Shown piece by piece: positions 28,275 to 38,128 of a stretch of DNA of 64,000 nt. Position numbers and translations under genes: made by a program. The stretch's first letter is position 1; the number at the start of each line of letters is the position of its first letter. The notes under the pieces are model-generated. The model worked only from the letters and a program-made list of their open reading frames with translations, ran no database searches and had not been told where the DNA came from. The stretch is taken from positions 62,001-126,000 of the IMG/VR virus record IMGVR_UViG_3300042305_001773, one strand, 5' to 3'.

Positions 28275-30197
28275 TTATTGAGCTGGCGCACCTTGGCCAA
28301 ATTGTTGCGCCATCACCATTGCGCCGCCTTGAGACCGCGCTTGCTGCCGAATGTCGTCAATGATGCTGGTCACAAGCGCGTGCATCGTCGAGTCGGAGCG
28401 CTTGAGTTTGATTAGCTCTGAATCCTTTACAGACTCAGGCATAGACAACAGCTGATTTGCAATAAGCTGCGCCTGCTGCTGCAGCTCTTCAGGCGTTCTC
28501 GGTACGTTCGGCGAGTTCTGCCGCTGCGATAGAAACTGGTCGACCGGACTCGGCATCTGACCCGGCATACCACCGGCCGGAGCTTGAGCCGGCGCGCCGC
28601 CTCCTTGCGGCATACCCGTAGCGCCGGCACCAGTGTTGCCGACACCTGACATCATGTCGGGCGCCTGACTCATATCCTTCATCTGCTGCGCCTGCTGCAT
28701 CTCAGCCTGCATGCGCTCTTGCTCTTCCGCGTAGATCTTCTCTTCTTCGAGCATCTGCTTGATCTCGTCGCGATAGTCCAGACCAACACTCGACAGCCCG
28801 GTGCTCTTGCTGATCTGCTGGCCCTGCATGAGCTGGAGTTTGGCCATCTGACGATTGAGGTCGTCGGCGTGCGTGACGCGCATAAGCTTGGCGCTCACCG
28901 GCTCCCACGACATAACGCGCGAAATAGAAGACACAAGCTCGTTGAGAAACAAGTTCATATTGTGCGGTAAGTGGCTCCAGTTCGCTTCAAAAAGGCGTAG
29001 CGCGGCGGGAGCGGCTTGCAGCGTGAGCGTGCCGTTAAAAAGCTCGACCGGCATTCCGATGCACTTCAGCAGTGTTTCGAGCCCCTGATCAAGCAGGTCG
29101 CGCGGGGCGAGCTGCGACGCGTCGCCGCCAAGGGCCTGATACTGCACGGGGAACGGAAGAATGTTCCATCGCGCCGGGTCTGTGCGGCGAGCACGAATCA
29201 TCGAGTTTACACGCGCCGTAAAGCTCGACAGATTAATAGTGTGAACCGGATCGGAAGACTGCGAGTCGCCGCCACGGGGCATCGGCGTAATCACGCGAAA
29301 CGGGATAACATAATCCAGCGCAACAGCTTCGTTGTATCGCTTCAAAATTTGGTAGTACCACGCTTCGCGGAAGTTAGCCAGCACGCGCGAGATACCCCAG
29401 CCGCGGTTACGCATACCGGCCAGCGGATCTTCTTTCAGATGGAAAATCACACCCTTATCAAACATCAAGTTCTGGCCATTCTTGATCGCCTGAATAACTT
29501 CCCAACTAGCGCGCTCAAGATGATGTAAATGGCCCTGTTTGATCAGCGTGCGATAATCTTCTGGGATCTTCCACACATACGAGCACTCGCCCGTGTACGG
29601 ATCCCACAAGATATCAATTTCGTGCGGGCTCCAGCGCTTGACAGTGATATGGCTTGTATCACCACTACGCCGGTCGATATGTTTCCACGGCCCGACGTAT
29701 TTGCATTTTGGGCAGCTAGCGTGAAACTGGAAATTCTGCCACGAGAACGCGCACTGGTCTGAATTCACGACCCGATCAAGCGGCATTTCAAGTCCGCATT
29801 TTGGGCAGAACAGATAGCGCCGAAACGGCACAAGCAGACTTGTAAAAGAGTTGCCGTAGGTCATGTAATCCATGCCTACAGAGTGCAGTACATTTTTAAT
29901 GCTGAGCGTGTCCGAAAGAAATGTTTCGTACTTCTCTTTCTCTTCACGCCCGGTTTTGTTTTCACCGACGTCTTGAATTTCAACGTCTGTAATAAAATAA
30001 GACACCACGCGATCGATGGCCTGCCGATACGGGCCATTCGCGTTCATAATGTATTCCGTCCAGCGCAGCGCGGTCTGGATGCTCTCCGGCATCGACAGAC
30101 TAGCTACGTCACAGAACGGATCAGGAAACCGCTCGTCGGCTTGTACGCCGCGACCGAGCGAGTTGTACCCCATAGAAGCAGATGGTTGCAGCGACAC
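28275..30197 (-). CDS. Probable portal protein with CxxC insertion
   Basis: 640 aa; YRQAIDRVVSYF, IFHLKED..RGWGISRV segments and Gln/Met-rich low-complexity tail resemble portals of large phages; two CPKC motifs. Confidence 0.55.
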   Translation of the reverse strand: MSLQPSASMGYNSLGRGVQADERFPDPFCDVASLSMPESIQTALRWTEYIMNANGPYRQAIDRVVSYFITDVEIQDVGENKTGREEKEKYETFLSDTLSIKNVLHSVGMDYMTYGNSFTSLLVPFRRYLFCPKCGLEMPLDRVVNSDQCAFSWQNFQFHASCPKCKYVGPWKHIDRRSGDTSHITVKRWSPHEIDILWDPYTGECSYVWKIPEDYRTLIKQGHLHHLERASWEVIQAIKNGQNLMFDKGVIFHLKEDPLAGMRNRGWGISRVLANFREAWYYQILKRYNEAVALDYVIPFRVITPMPRGGDSQSSDPVHTINLSSFTARVNSMIRARRTDPARWNILPFPVQYQALGGDASQLAPRDLLDQGLETLLKCIGMPVELFNGTLTLQAAPAALRLFEANWSHLPHNMNLFLNELVSSISRVMSWEPVSAKLMRVTHADDLNRQMAKLQLMQGQQISKSTGLSSVGLDYRDEIKQMLEEEKIYAEEQERMQAEMQQAQQMKDMSQAPDMMSGVGNTGAGATGMPQGGGAPAQAPAGGMPGQMPSPVDQFLSQRQNSPNVPRTPEELQQQAQLIANQLLSMPESVKDSELIKLKRSDSTMHALVTSIIDDIRQQARSQGGAMVMAQQFGQGAPAQ

Positions 30198-30209
30198 GGG
30201 CGCCTCGTG

Positions 30210-30359
30210 CTATTTGGCCGTTGTTTGCACAGTGTCCGCAGCTCGTTTGCGGAAATCACTATCAAGCGCTTGAACCTGCGCTTTCTTTTCAGCTGGTTGC
30301 GGGGCGTCCTCGTGCTCAGGGGGCGTGACGCCGGCTTTTATCACTCCACACTTTTCCAT
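30210..30359 (-). CDS. Small protein upstream of the portal (49 aa, not in ORF track)
   Basis: Translated by hand: MEKCGVIKAGVTPPEHEDAPQPAEKKAQVQALDSDFRKRAADTVQTTAK; fills the gap exactly. Confidence 0.65.
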   Translation of the reverse strand: MEKCGVIKAGVTPPEHEDAPQPAEKKAQVQALDSDFRKRAADTVQTTAK

Positions 30360-30362
30360 GAT

Positions 30363-31277
30363 TTAAACCTCGTCGTAATTTGCCCGCACAGCGCGCTCAA
30401 CGAGTAAAACACAGTACTCGCGGTTATCATAAACATACTGAAATCCCGTCGTATGGACAAGGTATAAACGCCGATCGTCATTAATTTGCACCGCCCACGG
30501 ACGCTGATACGGATCGTTTGACGGCGGAAACCAGCGGGCCGCGTTTTGCTCAAATCGCAGATCGTAAATTAATACGATGAAACCGTTCTCCTCGATGCTG
30601 TCTGGGGAGACCTGCGCAACCGACACAATTACATCGTGAAAAAAAGCCGGAACTGTGCCGATGCCTTCTTTTTCAAAATACAACAATTTCTGCGGCGGCC
30701 CTGCTTTGTGCGCCGTAGCTGCTGCTGTCGGCACGGGATTATTAGATTGCTTTTTTAAGCCAAATGCTGCCATCGGGCTGTAGTTGCGGTCGATCTTTTC
30801 GATCGGCGGCATGGCGGGTGGCGGGTCTAGTTCCGCGATCAACTGCGCAGCTAGCTCTTCTTCAGTTTCTTCGGGCTGCTGAACCTGCGGCGCAACTTGC
30901 TTCTTTGAGCGAACAGCTGGCACTCGCTGTACGCCCGCTTTTTCCATTTTTGCAAGCTCTTCAAACACCATGGCGGCGCGCTCCCTAATAGAGTTGATAT
31001 CATTACCGGGTATAGATGCTTGAGCCTTGGATAAAGCTTGTTCGACAGCGGGACCGGTCATTTGATCGAGTGTTAATCCGCCCACATTTGCGCCGTTGGG
31101 ATCGACGACATTAATTTTGATCTTGGTCCGGTCGTGTGGGTTGAAATTAACTGGGATGCCTCCGGGCGTAGCAGGCGCAACGATCACGCCTTTGAGGCCC
31201 TTGCTGCCGCGTATAACGTCGAGCATTGTACGGCCATTTTCCATCCGCTCGCTTGACGGGTCTCGGTAGTCGGACAT
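30363..31277 (-). CDS. Hypothetical protein
   Basis: 304-aa ORF with GGAG RBS. Confidence 0.75.
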   Translation of the reverse strand: MSDYRDPSSERMENGRTMLDVIRGSKGLKGVIVAPATPGGIPVNFNPHDRTKIKINVVDPNGANVGGLTLDQMTGPAVEQALSKAQASIPGNDINSIRERAAMVFEELAKMEKAGVQRVPAVRSKKQVAPQVQQPEETEEELAAQLIAELDPPPAMPPIEKIDRNYSPMAAFGLKKQSNNPVPTAAATAHKAGPPQKLLYFEKEGIGTVPAFFHDVIVSVAQVSPDSIEENGFIVLIYDLRFEQNAARWFPPSNDPYQRPWAVQINDDRRLYLVHTTGFQYVYDNREYCVLLVERAVRANYDEV

Positions 31278-31293
31278 AAAAGCTCCAATAGCT

Positions 31294-31336
31294 AAAAAAA
31301 GGGGGCAACGAGTGGCCGAAGCCTAAACGTTGCCCC
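31294..31336 (-). terminator. Intrinsic terminator
   Basis: GGGGGCAACG-N17-CGTTGCCCCC followed by T7; inner GGC-TTCG-GCC tetraloop hairpin. Confidence 0.8.
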
Positions 31337-31610
31337 CGAAAGATTCCGAACTTAACTCGGGGCACACTGAATACAACCGCGTTTTTGGAACATGAAAATA
31401 CAGTCGACCCAGCGGAACCCCACTACCGCAAACCAGCCGAACGTGCTCTTCCGTCGGTAAAACTTCTGCGAGAATTTTACCGGAGATGAGCTGCGCAACT
31501 ACCAAACCCGTTCCGTTATCGTCCGGGAAGAACGGCAACGTACTCGGCGCCGCGTCGATGTTTAACAACCACGCTAACGCCGAATCTTCAGGCTTGATGA
31601 AATAGCGCAT
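31323..31610 (-). CDS. Hypothetical protein
   Basis: Coupled minus-strand ORF. Confidence 0.65.
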   Translation of the reverse strand: MRYFIKPEDSALAWLLNIDAAPSTLPFFPDDNGTGLVVAQLISGKILAEVLPTEEHVRLVCGSGVPLGRLYFHVPKTRLYSVCPELSSESFGGNV

Positions 31611-31611
31611 G

Positions 31612-32808
31612 TCAGACAGTTACTGCAGCACTCTCTGTTGAAACACTTTGCTTGTGTTTCTTCGGGACGAACTCGACCGGCGCTAACAACTCACCGCGAT
31701 ACGGGAACGGCGTGTTCTGCCACTCCTGCGCCCGGTTCACCTGAATAGCGCTGAGGCGACTCAACACTAAAGGTGTAGCCGGATTTAGCGCGGCTGTAAA
31801 TAGCTCCTCATCAAGCGCTTCCCGCTGCGCCCTCTTTGGCGCGTGAAACCGCAAATAAGTTGCGGCCGCCGACGGCATCTGTTCGATCGCCGTCTTGATA
31901 TCAATCGTTATCTCCAGCGGTTGATCTGGCGACAATAGCGCATCACACATCTCGCTTTCGGTGGGCTTAATATCGCCTACCTCGGCGTACATTCCGCGCA
32001 GAATGTCGTCAAGAATCCACTGGGGCATTCCTTCCGCCGTCTCCAGTCCGTGCCGAGCCAGAATCTTGCCGGCAGGATTCGGCAACGACACAGTCATGTC
32101 GCTGACCGAACCGAAAGGATTTCGATCCATATCGCCTAACACAGGCGAGAAATCTTCAATCGCAGCGTCGTGCTTGACCGCCTTGGTGACGTCCTTAGCC
32201 GACTCTTCGGTGAGCGCAGCAACGTTGATGTACGTCTTGTTGCCGAACTCCCGAAGCATGCTGTCGCGCAGCTTGCGCCGGTAAGTCTCTACCAACTCAG
32301 ACGGAGCATTCTGGATGGCCAATGCGGTCAACTTATCCTCGTCAATCCGCATGTGGTCACGAACCGGAATGTACACCGTCGGCCAACGACAGGGTTCGAA
32401 CACGACCTTCTCGCCCCGCTTATCGGCATATCCATAGTTGCAGATGTTATGAAGCATGTCGCAGCCGCGCTTCGCATTGAGCCGGTGCTTTTGCTTGTTC
32501 ATATTCAACTGCGAACCGAAACCCTTGGCAGAGATCGGGGCCCGAAAGTCCCACTTGCCAAGCGTTTCCAGATATACGTTGCCAGACCGGTCTGCCAGCG
32601 CCATCGCCGGAGACAGAGTTAGCCCCGCATGCCGAGTTACTTCAAGCACTAACGCTGACGGACGAACGTTATCGCCGAACCGCCTAAGAGGCGAGTCGAA
32701 CTTTTTGCCTTCGCCGGCCAGCCAGCTTACCGCTACGAGTTCTTCGCAGCGCGCCGCTACCCGATCGAAAGCCGCGATAATCGTTGCCTGTGTCTTCGCG
32801 ATATCCAC
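31612..32808 (-). CDS. Hypothetical protein (398 aa)
   Basis: GTG start with AAGGAG RBS. Confidence 0.8.
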   Translation of the reverse strand: MDIAKTQATIIAAFDRVAARCEELVAVSWLAGEGKKFDSPLRRFGDNVRPSALVLEVTRHAGLTLSPAMALADRSGNVYLETLGKWDFRAPISAKGFGSQLNMNKQKHRLNAKRGCDMLHNICNYGYADKRGEKVVFEPCRWPTVYIPVRDHMRIDEDKLTALAIQNAPSELVETYRRKLRDSMLREFGNKTYINVAALTEESAKDVTKAVKHDAAIEDFSPVLGDMDRNPFGSVSDMTVSLPNPAGKILARHGLETAEGMPQWILDDILRGMYAEVGDIKPTESEMCDALLSPDQPLEITIDIKTAIEQMPSAAATYLRFHAPKRAQREALDEELFTAALNPATPLVLSRLSAIQVNRAQEWQNTPFPYRGELLAPVEFVPKKHKQSVSTESAAVTV

Positions 32809-33091
32809 AACCTACTCCTTTATGCAAGTTACCATCCTTGACGGATTTGGATTCAAAGTGTTTCGACGAATATAAGGACCACTCTTTCGGCGTTACGACA
32901 ATTTCTTCATAGTCTCCACTAGAAGTCTTGTCATAAAACTGAACGAGCGTCCGGGTTACATCGAGAACTTCCTGTCTGCGAACAGGTCGTCCTTTGAATC
33001 GCACTACATCACGCAAACACGAGATCCCCCTTACAGCAATACAGCTGCGGTTATTAATGCTGCCCGCGCTCAACGATAAAGCGCAGTACAA
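32684..33091 (-). CDS. Possible small hypothetical protein
   Basis: Central part (VRFKGRPVRRQEV...EEIVVTPKEW) looks coding; start uncertain; 125-nt overlap with the next gene. Confidence 0.35.
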   Translation of the reverse strand: MYCALSLSAGSINNRSCIAVRGISCLRDVVRFKGRPVRRQEVLDVTRTLVQFYDKTSSGDYEEIVVTPKEWSLYSSKHFESKSVKDGNLHKGVGCGYREDTGNDYRGFRSGSGALRRTRSGKLAGRRRQKVRLAS

Positions 33092-33123
33092 TAAATATGC
33101 CAGATTATGCTGAAAAATTTAGT

Positions 33124-33558
33124 TCAGCTATCTGGGTCAGGCAGCACGCCATCGAAGACGTTTAGCGAGCCGTCGTCTTCGTCAGAAAAGAAGTCGCCCG
33201 AATTGACAGATGATTTGGGCGCGGTTGGCGTTTTGATCTCAGGCGGCGCTTCTAGATGCACGGGGTCAACGCCTAGATAACCGGTCTCGTCTGGTTCTAG
33301 GTTGTCTTCCGCAATATCAAAAAGCGGTATATTGCCCCACGGCGTAAGCAAGTGACGGAGGGGCGGTTTAGATATGTTTAAGCGTACGCCGGCAAAACTG
33401 AACACGCTGACATCGCGATTCACTAATTCTTTAAGCCGCGCTGTCAGTTTCTCCAACGCGTCAAACTCCTCCACTTTAAAGTCACCTTCCATGGTGAGGA
33501 TCACAGCGTAATAGTGTTCTGGCTTCTTGTCAGTTTCCGGCGTTGGTGTGTCGTCCAT
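33124..33558 (-). CDS. Hypothetical acidic protein
   Basis: Coupled minus-strand ORF. Confidence 0.7.
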   Translation of the reverse strand: MDDTPTPETDKKPEHYYAVILTMEGDFKVEEFDALEKLTARLKELVNRDVSVFSFAGVRLNISKPPLRHLLTPWGNIPLFDIAEDNLEPDETGYLGVDPVHLEAPPEIKTPTAPKSSVNSGDFFSDEDDGSLNVFDGVLPDPDS

Positions 33559-33559
33559 G

Positions 33560-34201
33560 TTACTCCCTCATGTCTAGCGGGTCTTTGCCGTTGAAGCCGC
33601 TCATTATGCCAGCCTGATAAATGCTGTGCGGAATCAGGTGCGGCTGATCGGTGCTTACCTGTCGCGCGACTGCCGGCGCGTTTATTTGCGGCTCAGCATA
33701 CACCACAAACTTGTTGGACATAACGCCGACAACGTGCACTTCTAAAACTTGCCCAGTACGCGATGTTGGGTCAGGTACCGTCACCGGCTGCAAAAACGAG
33801 TTGGCGAATAACTGCGTCCCGGGGTTGGAGTACGCAATACCGCCTAGAAACTCAAAGCACTCGTCTTTGCGTCGCTGGTCGATACAGTACAGTCGTTTAT
33901 CCCAGTTGATCGGCTTTTGCCTGCCGGGAGCAGGCATAACGCCAAACCCAGAAAAGAAGCGCTCGTGATCTCTTGCAAGGTCGACAAAAAATGGCCGTAA
34001 GTCGTCGGCGTCGGCTGGAAAGCGTGCGTCAAATTCAACAACCGGATCGCGATCGAATCCTCCGCGCGTAAACAGCAGCGCGGCAGTAAACAACACGAGC
34101 GGGTTGTCGCGTTGACTCAGGGCGTCCGCGCACGAAAGCGGCGCAATAGAATCGGCGCCAGTGATCTCGTCAATTTGTACAAATGTGTTCGGCCGGTTCA
34201 T
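33560..34201 (-). CDS. Hypothetical protein
   Basis: Coupled minus-strand ORF. Confidence 0.7.
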   Translation of the reverse strand: MNRPNTFVQIDEITGADSIAPLSCADALSQRDNPLVLFTAALLFTRGGFDRDPVVEFDARFPADADDLRPFFVDLARDHERFFSGFGVMPAPGRQKPINWDKRLYCIDQRRKDECFEFLGGIAYSNPGTQLFANSFLQPVTVPDPTSRTGQVLEVHVVGVMSNKFVVYAEPQINAPAVARQVSTDQPHLIPHSIYQAGIMSGFNGKDPLDMRE

Positions 34202-34207
34202 GCCGCA

Positions 34208-34897
34208 TCACTGTTTTTTTGCGTGCGTGAGGCCGGCGTTTGTTGTCTGTATCAGCAGCAGCAAAACAAACGCAGCGTCCACGACATTATCAATACCGGT
34301 CGATTTGTACTTAGCCGAATCGAACGCGGCGCCTAGAGATTTGTTGGCGGCGGCGATCATGTCTTCTTTACTAGATTTACCATTGCCAGTCGCAAATTTC
34401 TTGATTGTACTAATAGCAAAACCAGTCGATATCAAATCAGCTTCTTCGGCCCACGTGGCAACCGTGACCTTCATGCCGCCCAGAACTTCGGAGGCAGTTG
34501 CCACACGAGACAGTACCGCTGGGATACCAAACTTCTTATTTACAAAGAACTCGCGCGGCGGGGTGTATTTGACGTCTTCGTAGCCGACGACGTCAGGCGC
34601 CACGGTATTGAGAAACGCCCGCAGCCGCACGAACCGCGACGCCCCCGATTCGAGACCCTGTACCGACAGATCCCACTGAAACAGCTGCAGCTTTTCCTGC
34701 AGCATTTTCTTGCCGGGAATGAAGTCGTAAACCGCGACGCCGCAGTTACTACCTAAGTCGAGCCCAAGAAACCGAATCGCGTCAGCCGGCTTTTTATCCA
34801 GCTTTGCCCCAAATTGCTTGGGGTCTTTGTACATCCTGTACTTGGGCACGCAACGCTCCTGACTATTTTGGGCCTGTACGTGCTGTACGCCACGCAA
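34208..34897 (-). CDS. ruvC: RuvC-like Holliday junction resolvase
   Basis: FLGLDLGSNCG, GYEDV, FATGNGKSSKEDM, DNVVDA acidic catalytic motifs; the start may lie slightly downstream. Confidence 0.85.
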   Translation of the reverse strand: MRGVQHVQAQNSQERCVPKYRMYKDPKQFGAKLDKKPADAIRFLGLDLGSNCGVAVYDFIPGKKMLQEKLQLFQWDLSVQGLESGASRFVRLRAFLNTVAPDVVGYEDVKYTPPREFFVNKKFGIPAVLSRVATASEVLGGMKVTVATWAEEADLISTGFAISTIKKFATGNGKSSKEDMIAAANKSLGAAFDSAKYKSTGIDNVVDAAFVLLLLIQTTNAGLTHAKKQ

Positions 34898-35528
34898 TAA
34901 ACCGCTGCCACAATGACGGCGGTGTTTGCGGCTTTACAGCAAGAGCATCGGAGCACGCTCTAAGCTTCTCCTGCGCGTCTTGCAACTCCTTATACACCAC
35001 GTTGAGCCGAGTCTGCAAGACGTCGTTCATCATTTTCAGGTGCTCGGCCATAAAGTTGACGTTATACGTTGGTGTGCCGTTACGCGTTGCAAACTCAATA
35101 ACAGTTGCCGAAAAGCGCGCCATGCCCGCAGCCGCTGGCGACTCCTCGCCAATTACAGATACCTCGCGCACACCTTTGAACCACGCCGCGCAAAATACCT
35201 CGCCGATCGCCGCAAAGAGCGCCAGCCGAACAGGATATCTAAACGCAAAAAAGTCGCGTCGGTTTAGCGCTTGCTCAAACGTGCGCACCGGATCGGCGCC
35301 GTTTACAAAGTCACGTTGCGCCGCTGCAAGTGACTCAGCAATTTTGACGATCTCGTCCTGCGAAATGTTGTGCTCGATATACCAATTCGCAGCTTCGTCT
35401 GTGCGCGCCGCTGGATCGAGATTTTCAATGGCGCGTACCATCAGGGTAGGCGTGATGTACGCGTAATCGCGCTCTGGGTTGTATAACGGGCCGCTGTCGC
35501 CCTTTTGGCGATAACCAATGCTGCTCAT
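34863..35528 (-). CDS. Hypothetical protein with C-terminal coiled coil
   Basis: Start reassigned to MSSIGYRQ, removing the overlap. Confidence 0.65.
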   Translation of the reverse strand: MSSIGYRQKGDSGPLYNPERDYAYITPTLMVRAIENLDPAARTDEAANWYIEHNISQDEIVKIAESLAAAQRDFVNGADPVRTFEQALNRRDFFAFRYPVRLALFAAIGEVFCAAWFKGVREVSVIGEESPAAAGMARFSATVIEFATRNGTPTYNVNFMAEHLKMMNDVLQTRLNVVYKELQDAQEKLRACSDALAVKPQTPPSLWQRFIAWRTARTGPK

Positions 35529-35538
35529 AACATCCTTT

Positions 35539-36390
35539 CTATGATGCAGACTCCACCTGCCGCGCTGCCGTTTGTCGGCACCGTACGCACAGCACGCCGG
35601 AATCTTTAGGGTCAAAAAACGCATCAGTATTGCACGCGTCGCAATGCCGAGTGACATACGTGCGTTGATGCGTGGCAAACATGCACTGATCCGCGCCAAG
35701 CCAGCAGTGCAAACACGAATGCTCGTAGCCGTCAGGGCATGGTCGGGCACGGGTGCGCACCTCGATGAGCCCGCGGTTATCGCGCTGCATGCTGCTGCTC
35801 ACGCTCACCTTAGAGAACGCCGGTTGTTCTCGACTACGCTCTGCTTCTACGTGCGCGAAAAACAGCAGGTTTAAAAAGTGCGTCGCTGTTGTATACGGAT
35901 ACGCACCCCACGGCGCAGAAAAGCCAAGCGTCTGCGAGATTGCTCGGCAGCTGTTCTGCGAGAAAAACTGAGTAAATAACATAGCCGCCGGCGATCCCCC
36001 GACCGCGCGACATTCGAGTAAGTACCCCGAAACTGTCTTACGTTTATACGGGCGTACGCCCTCAACACACACCGGTACAAGCTCATCTTCAAGCTGCCGC
36101 GTCCACGGCAATACCGGAAGCCCGGCTTTTAGCGTCTCGATGTTGCCGGCAAGACGCCACGCTAATTCGTACGCAGCGCGCTTTGACAGCCGCGTGCCTG
36201 CTAGCGCCCGGACAGAATCAAACACAGCCGGCTGCGAGACTGCATCCGGCAACTCCGCAAGCACGTCGCGGCATATATCCCGCAACGTCTCTCCGGCTAC
36301 ATTCGCGTCGATGTAGGGCCGAAGAGCGCGTTCAGCGAGTTTGTCGCGGTACTGGCGTAAACGCACATAACTAAAGGGCGGGCGTTTCAT
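35539..36390 (-). CDS. Hypothetical protein with Cys-rich (zinc-binding) C-terminus
   Basis: CP..CLHC..C, HCDAC and CVRC motifs. Confidence 0.7.
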   Translation of the reverse strand: MKRPPFSYVRLRQYRDKLAERALRPYIDANVAGETLRDICRDVLAELPDAVSQPAVFDSVRALAGTRLSKRAAYELAWRLAGNIETLKAGLPVLPWTRQLEDELVPVCVEGVRPYKRKTVSGYLLECRAVGGSPAAMLFTQFFSQNSCRAISQTLGFSAPWGAYPYTTATHFLNLLFFAHVEAERSREQPAFSKVSVSSSMQRDNRGLIEVRTRARPCPDGYEHSCLHCWLGADQCMFATHQRTYVTRHCDACNTDAFFDPKDSGVLCVRCRQTAARQVESAS

Positions 36391-37018
36391 CAGCGCCCCG
36401 CAACGTTATGTCCGCCGGCGTTGTGAGCTGTTCCGGGTTTGCCGGCACGGTACTTAAACCGCTTTCACCGCCGCGGACTACGACTTTGCGATCCGGGTTG
36501 TTGGCTTCCCACTGTTGCCGCGCTTTGGTGCAAGTCTCCTCGGCCGTTGTCGCGGTCTCTTTAACCGACAAAGCCTCCTGCTCAAGCGACAGAATAATCG
36601 TCCCTAGCTCGCTCGACAGCAGGTTGGCGATATCACCAACGCACACCACGCTCTTAATGTGCGCAACGACCGGCTCAGACTCTTTGCCGTCTTTCACCGT
36701 CCGAAACGTAATCGCAATGTCTTCGATCTTGATCGTCTCGGGAATCGGGTCGCTTAAGGTCTTTCCGTGCAACTCCGCGCCAATTTGCCGCAGCGCGTTA
36801 AACCGCGTGTACATCTCCTCCATCCGCGCCGCCGACTCCTTGATCAACGTCGAAGGGTTCACCTTGACTGTTTGCGGCTGCGAAGCTGCGGACTGTAAAG
36901 CTTTTGCCAGCGCTGACGCGTCCATTTTAATCGGCACGGTTACGTTAGTTGTTCCGCCAGTGCTGCAGGCGGCGCCCGTTTTCTCACTCACTGCGTCGAC
37001 AATCGTCGTTTTTGCCAT
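36371..37018 (-). CDS. Hypothetical coiled-coil protein
   Basis: Start reassigned to MAKTTIVD after a TAAGGA RBS. Confidence 0.65.
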   Translation of the reverse strand: MAKTTIVDAVSEKTGAACSTGGTTNVTVPIKMDASALAKALQSAASQPQTVKVNPSTLIKESAARMEEMYTRFNALRQIGAELHGKTLSDPIPETIKIEDIAITFRTVKDGKESEPVVAHIKSVVCVGDIANLLSSELGTIILSLEQEALSVKETATTAEETCTKARQQWEANNPDRKVVVRGGESGLSTVPANPEQLTTPADITLRGADETPAL

Positions 37019-37028
37019 TGTTTCGTCC

Positions 37029-37433
37029 TTAAAGTGTTTTAACTGCAAACCCAAACCAATAACGTAGTCCGCTATGCGCTCCGGTATCGGGATCATACAG
37101 CAACTCAACCGGATTTCCAGTGGCCACATAAAAGTGGTGAACTGGTCGCGGCAGGTAAGCTGCGCAAGATAACCCGATCTGCAGCAGAAACGCCATCGCA
37201 AGATCTGCTGCTGGATTAAGATCGTACGAAAAAAGCGGAATTCGTAAATACTCGTCGTGCTCGGAAAACGCCCACACCGGCGGCTCGCCGGGGTTATGGG
37301 CGGCGTCCAGAATATGCCATTTAGAGCCGCCGACCTCGTCGATCGGTTTTATCAGGGCAGGCTCAAACGGAACGCCTTCCGGCCAGCGCTCCCGGGTCTT
37401 TTTCATATCTAAACGGGCGACAGAAACTTTCAT
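37029..37433 (-). CDS. Hypothetical protein
   Basis: Coupled minus-strand ORF. Confidence 0.65.
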   Translation of the reverse strand: MKVSVARLDMKKTRERWPEGVPFEPALIKPIDEVGGSKWHILDAAHNPGEPPVWAFSEHDEYLRIPLFSYDLNPAADLAMAFLLQIGLSCAAYLPRPVHHFYVATGNPVELLYDPDTGAHSGLRYWFGFAVKTL

Positions 37434-38128
37434 GTCGTCATCGTCCTTGGCTCCGCGGTTTCAACGCCGGAGTCGTTAACGTTAATTTTCACACCCTCGC
37501 GAAAATGACAGAAACGAATATCTTGGTGTTTAAACGCCGCGCCAAGAACACGCTCGCCATACTTTTGCTGAAACCCGGCGGGCGGAAAATCAAACTGATA
37601 CAGCAACTCTGTTTTAATTGCCCACCAGCCGCCGATCACATACGGCAGATATGTCTTTTCGTATGTGGGATTGAACCACGGCTGTTGCTGCATCCACCAC
37701 AACTGCTCGTCTGGGAGCTTGGCGCGCTCAACTGACCCGACAAGGTTACAGCCATTTACGTTAGTTGTTACACGCGCAAACCAGTTGTGTATATCTTCGG
37801 TCGGTTCAAGATACGAATCGTGGTCAAACCACATCGTAATCGGCGCCGTGATTGGTGGCTCGTAGAACATGCGCCGCATCATAGGATACTTCATCAGGTT
37901 TTCAGCGCTGTGAAAAATAGTCGCTGAATGAAAGTGATCAGCAATCTGCTGTAAAAGAAACTGAGTCGTGTCTGGCCCCACGGCGTTACACCCAAAACGA
38001 AAAGAGACGTTTTGTGTGGCCAGCTCGCGCATCGGGCCGTTAAGCACGCGTTGCGCAAGTTGAAAGTGTTTGTCTTCAGCGCCGTAAAAAAGCACGCAGA
38101 TACAAACAGAAGCGGCTCCATCCGCCAT
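37430..38128 (-). CDS. GT-A fold glycosyltransferase-like protein
   Basis: N-terminal strand CICVLFYG, MWFDHDSY (DxD), GGWWAIKTELL. Confidence 0.55.
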   Translation of the reverse strand: MADGAASVCICVLFYGAEDKHFQLAQRVLNGPMRELATQNVSFRFGCNAVGPDTTQFLLQQIADHFHSATIFHSAENLMKYPMMRRMFYEPPITAPITMWFDHDSYLEPTEDIHNWFARVTTNVNGCNLVGSVERAKLPDEQLWWMQQQPWFNPTYEKTYLPYVIGGWWAIKTELLYQFDFPPAGFQQKYGERVLGAAFKHQDIRFCHFREGVKINVNDSGVETAEPRTMTT

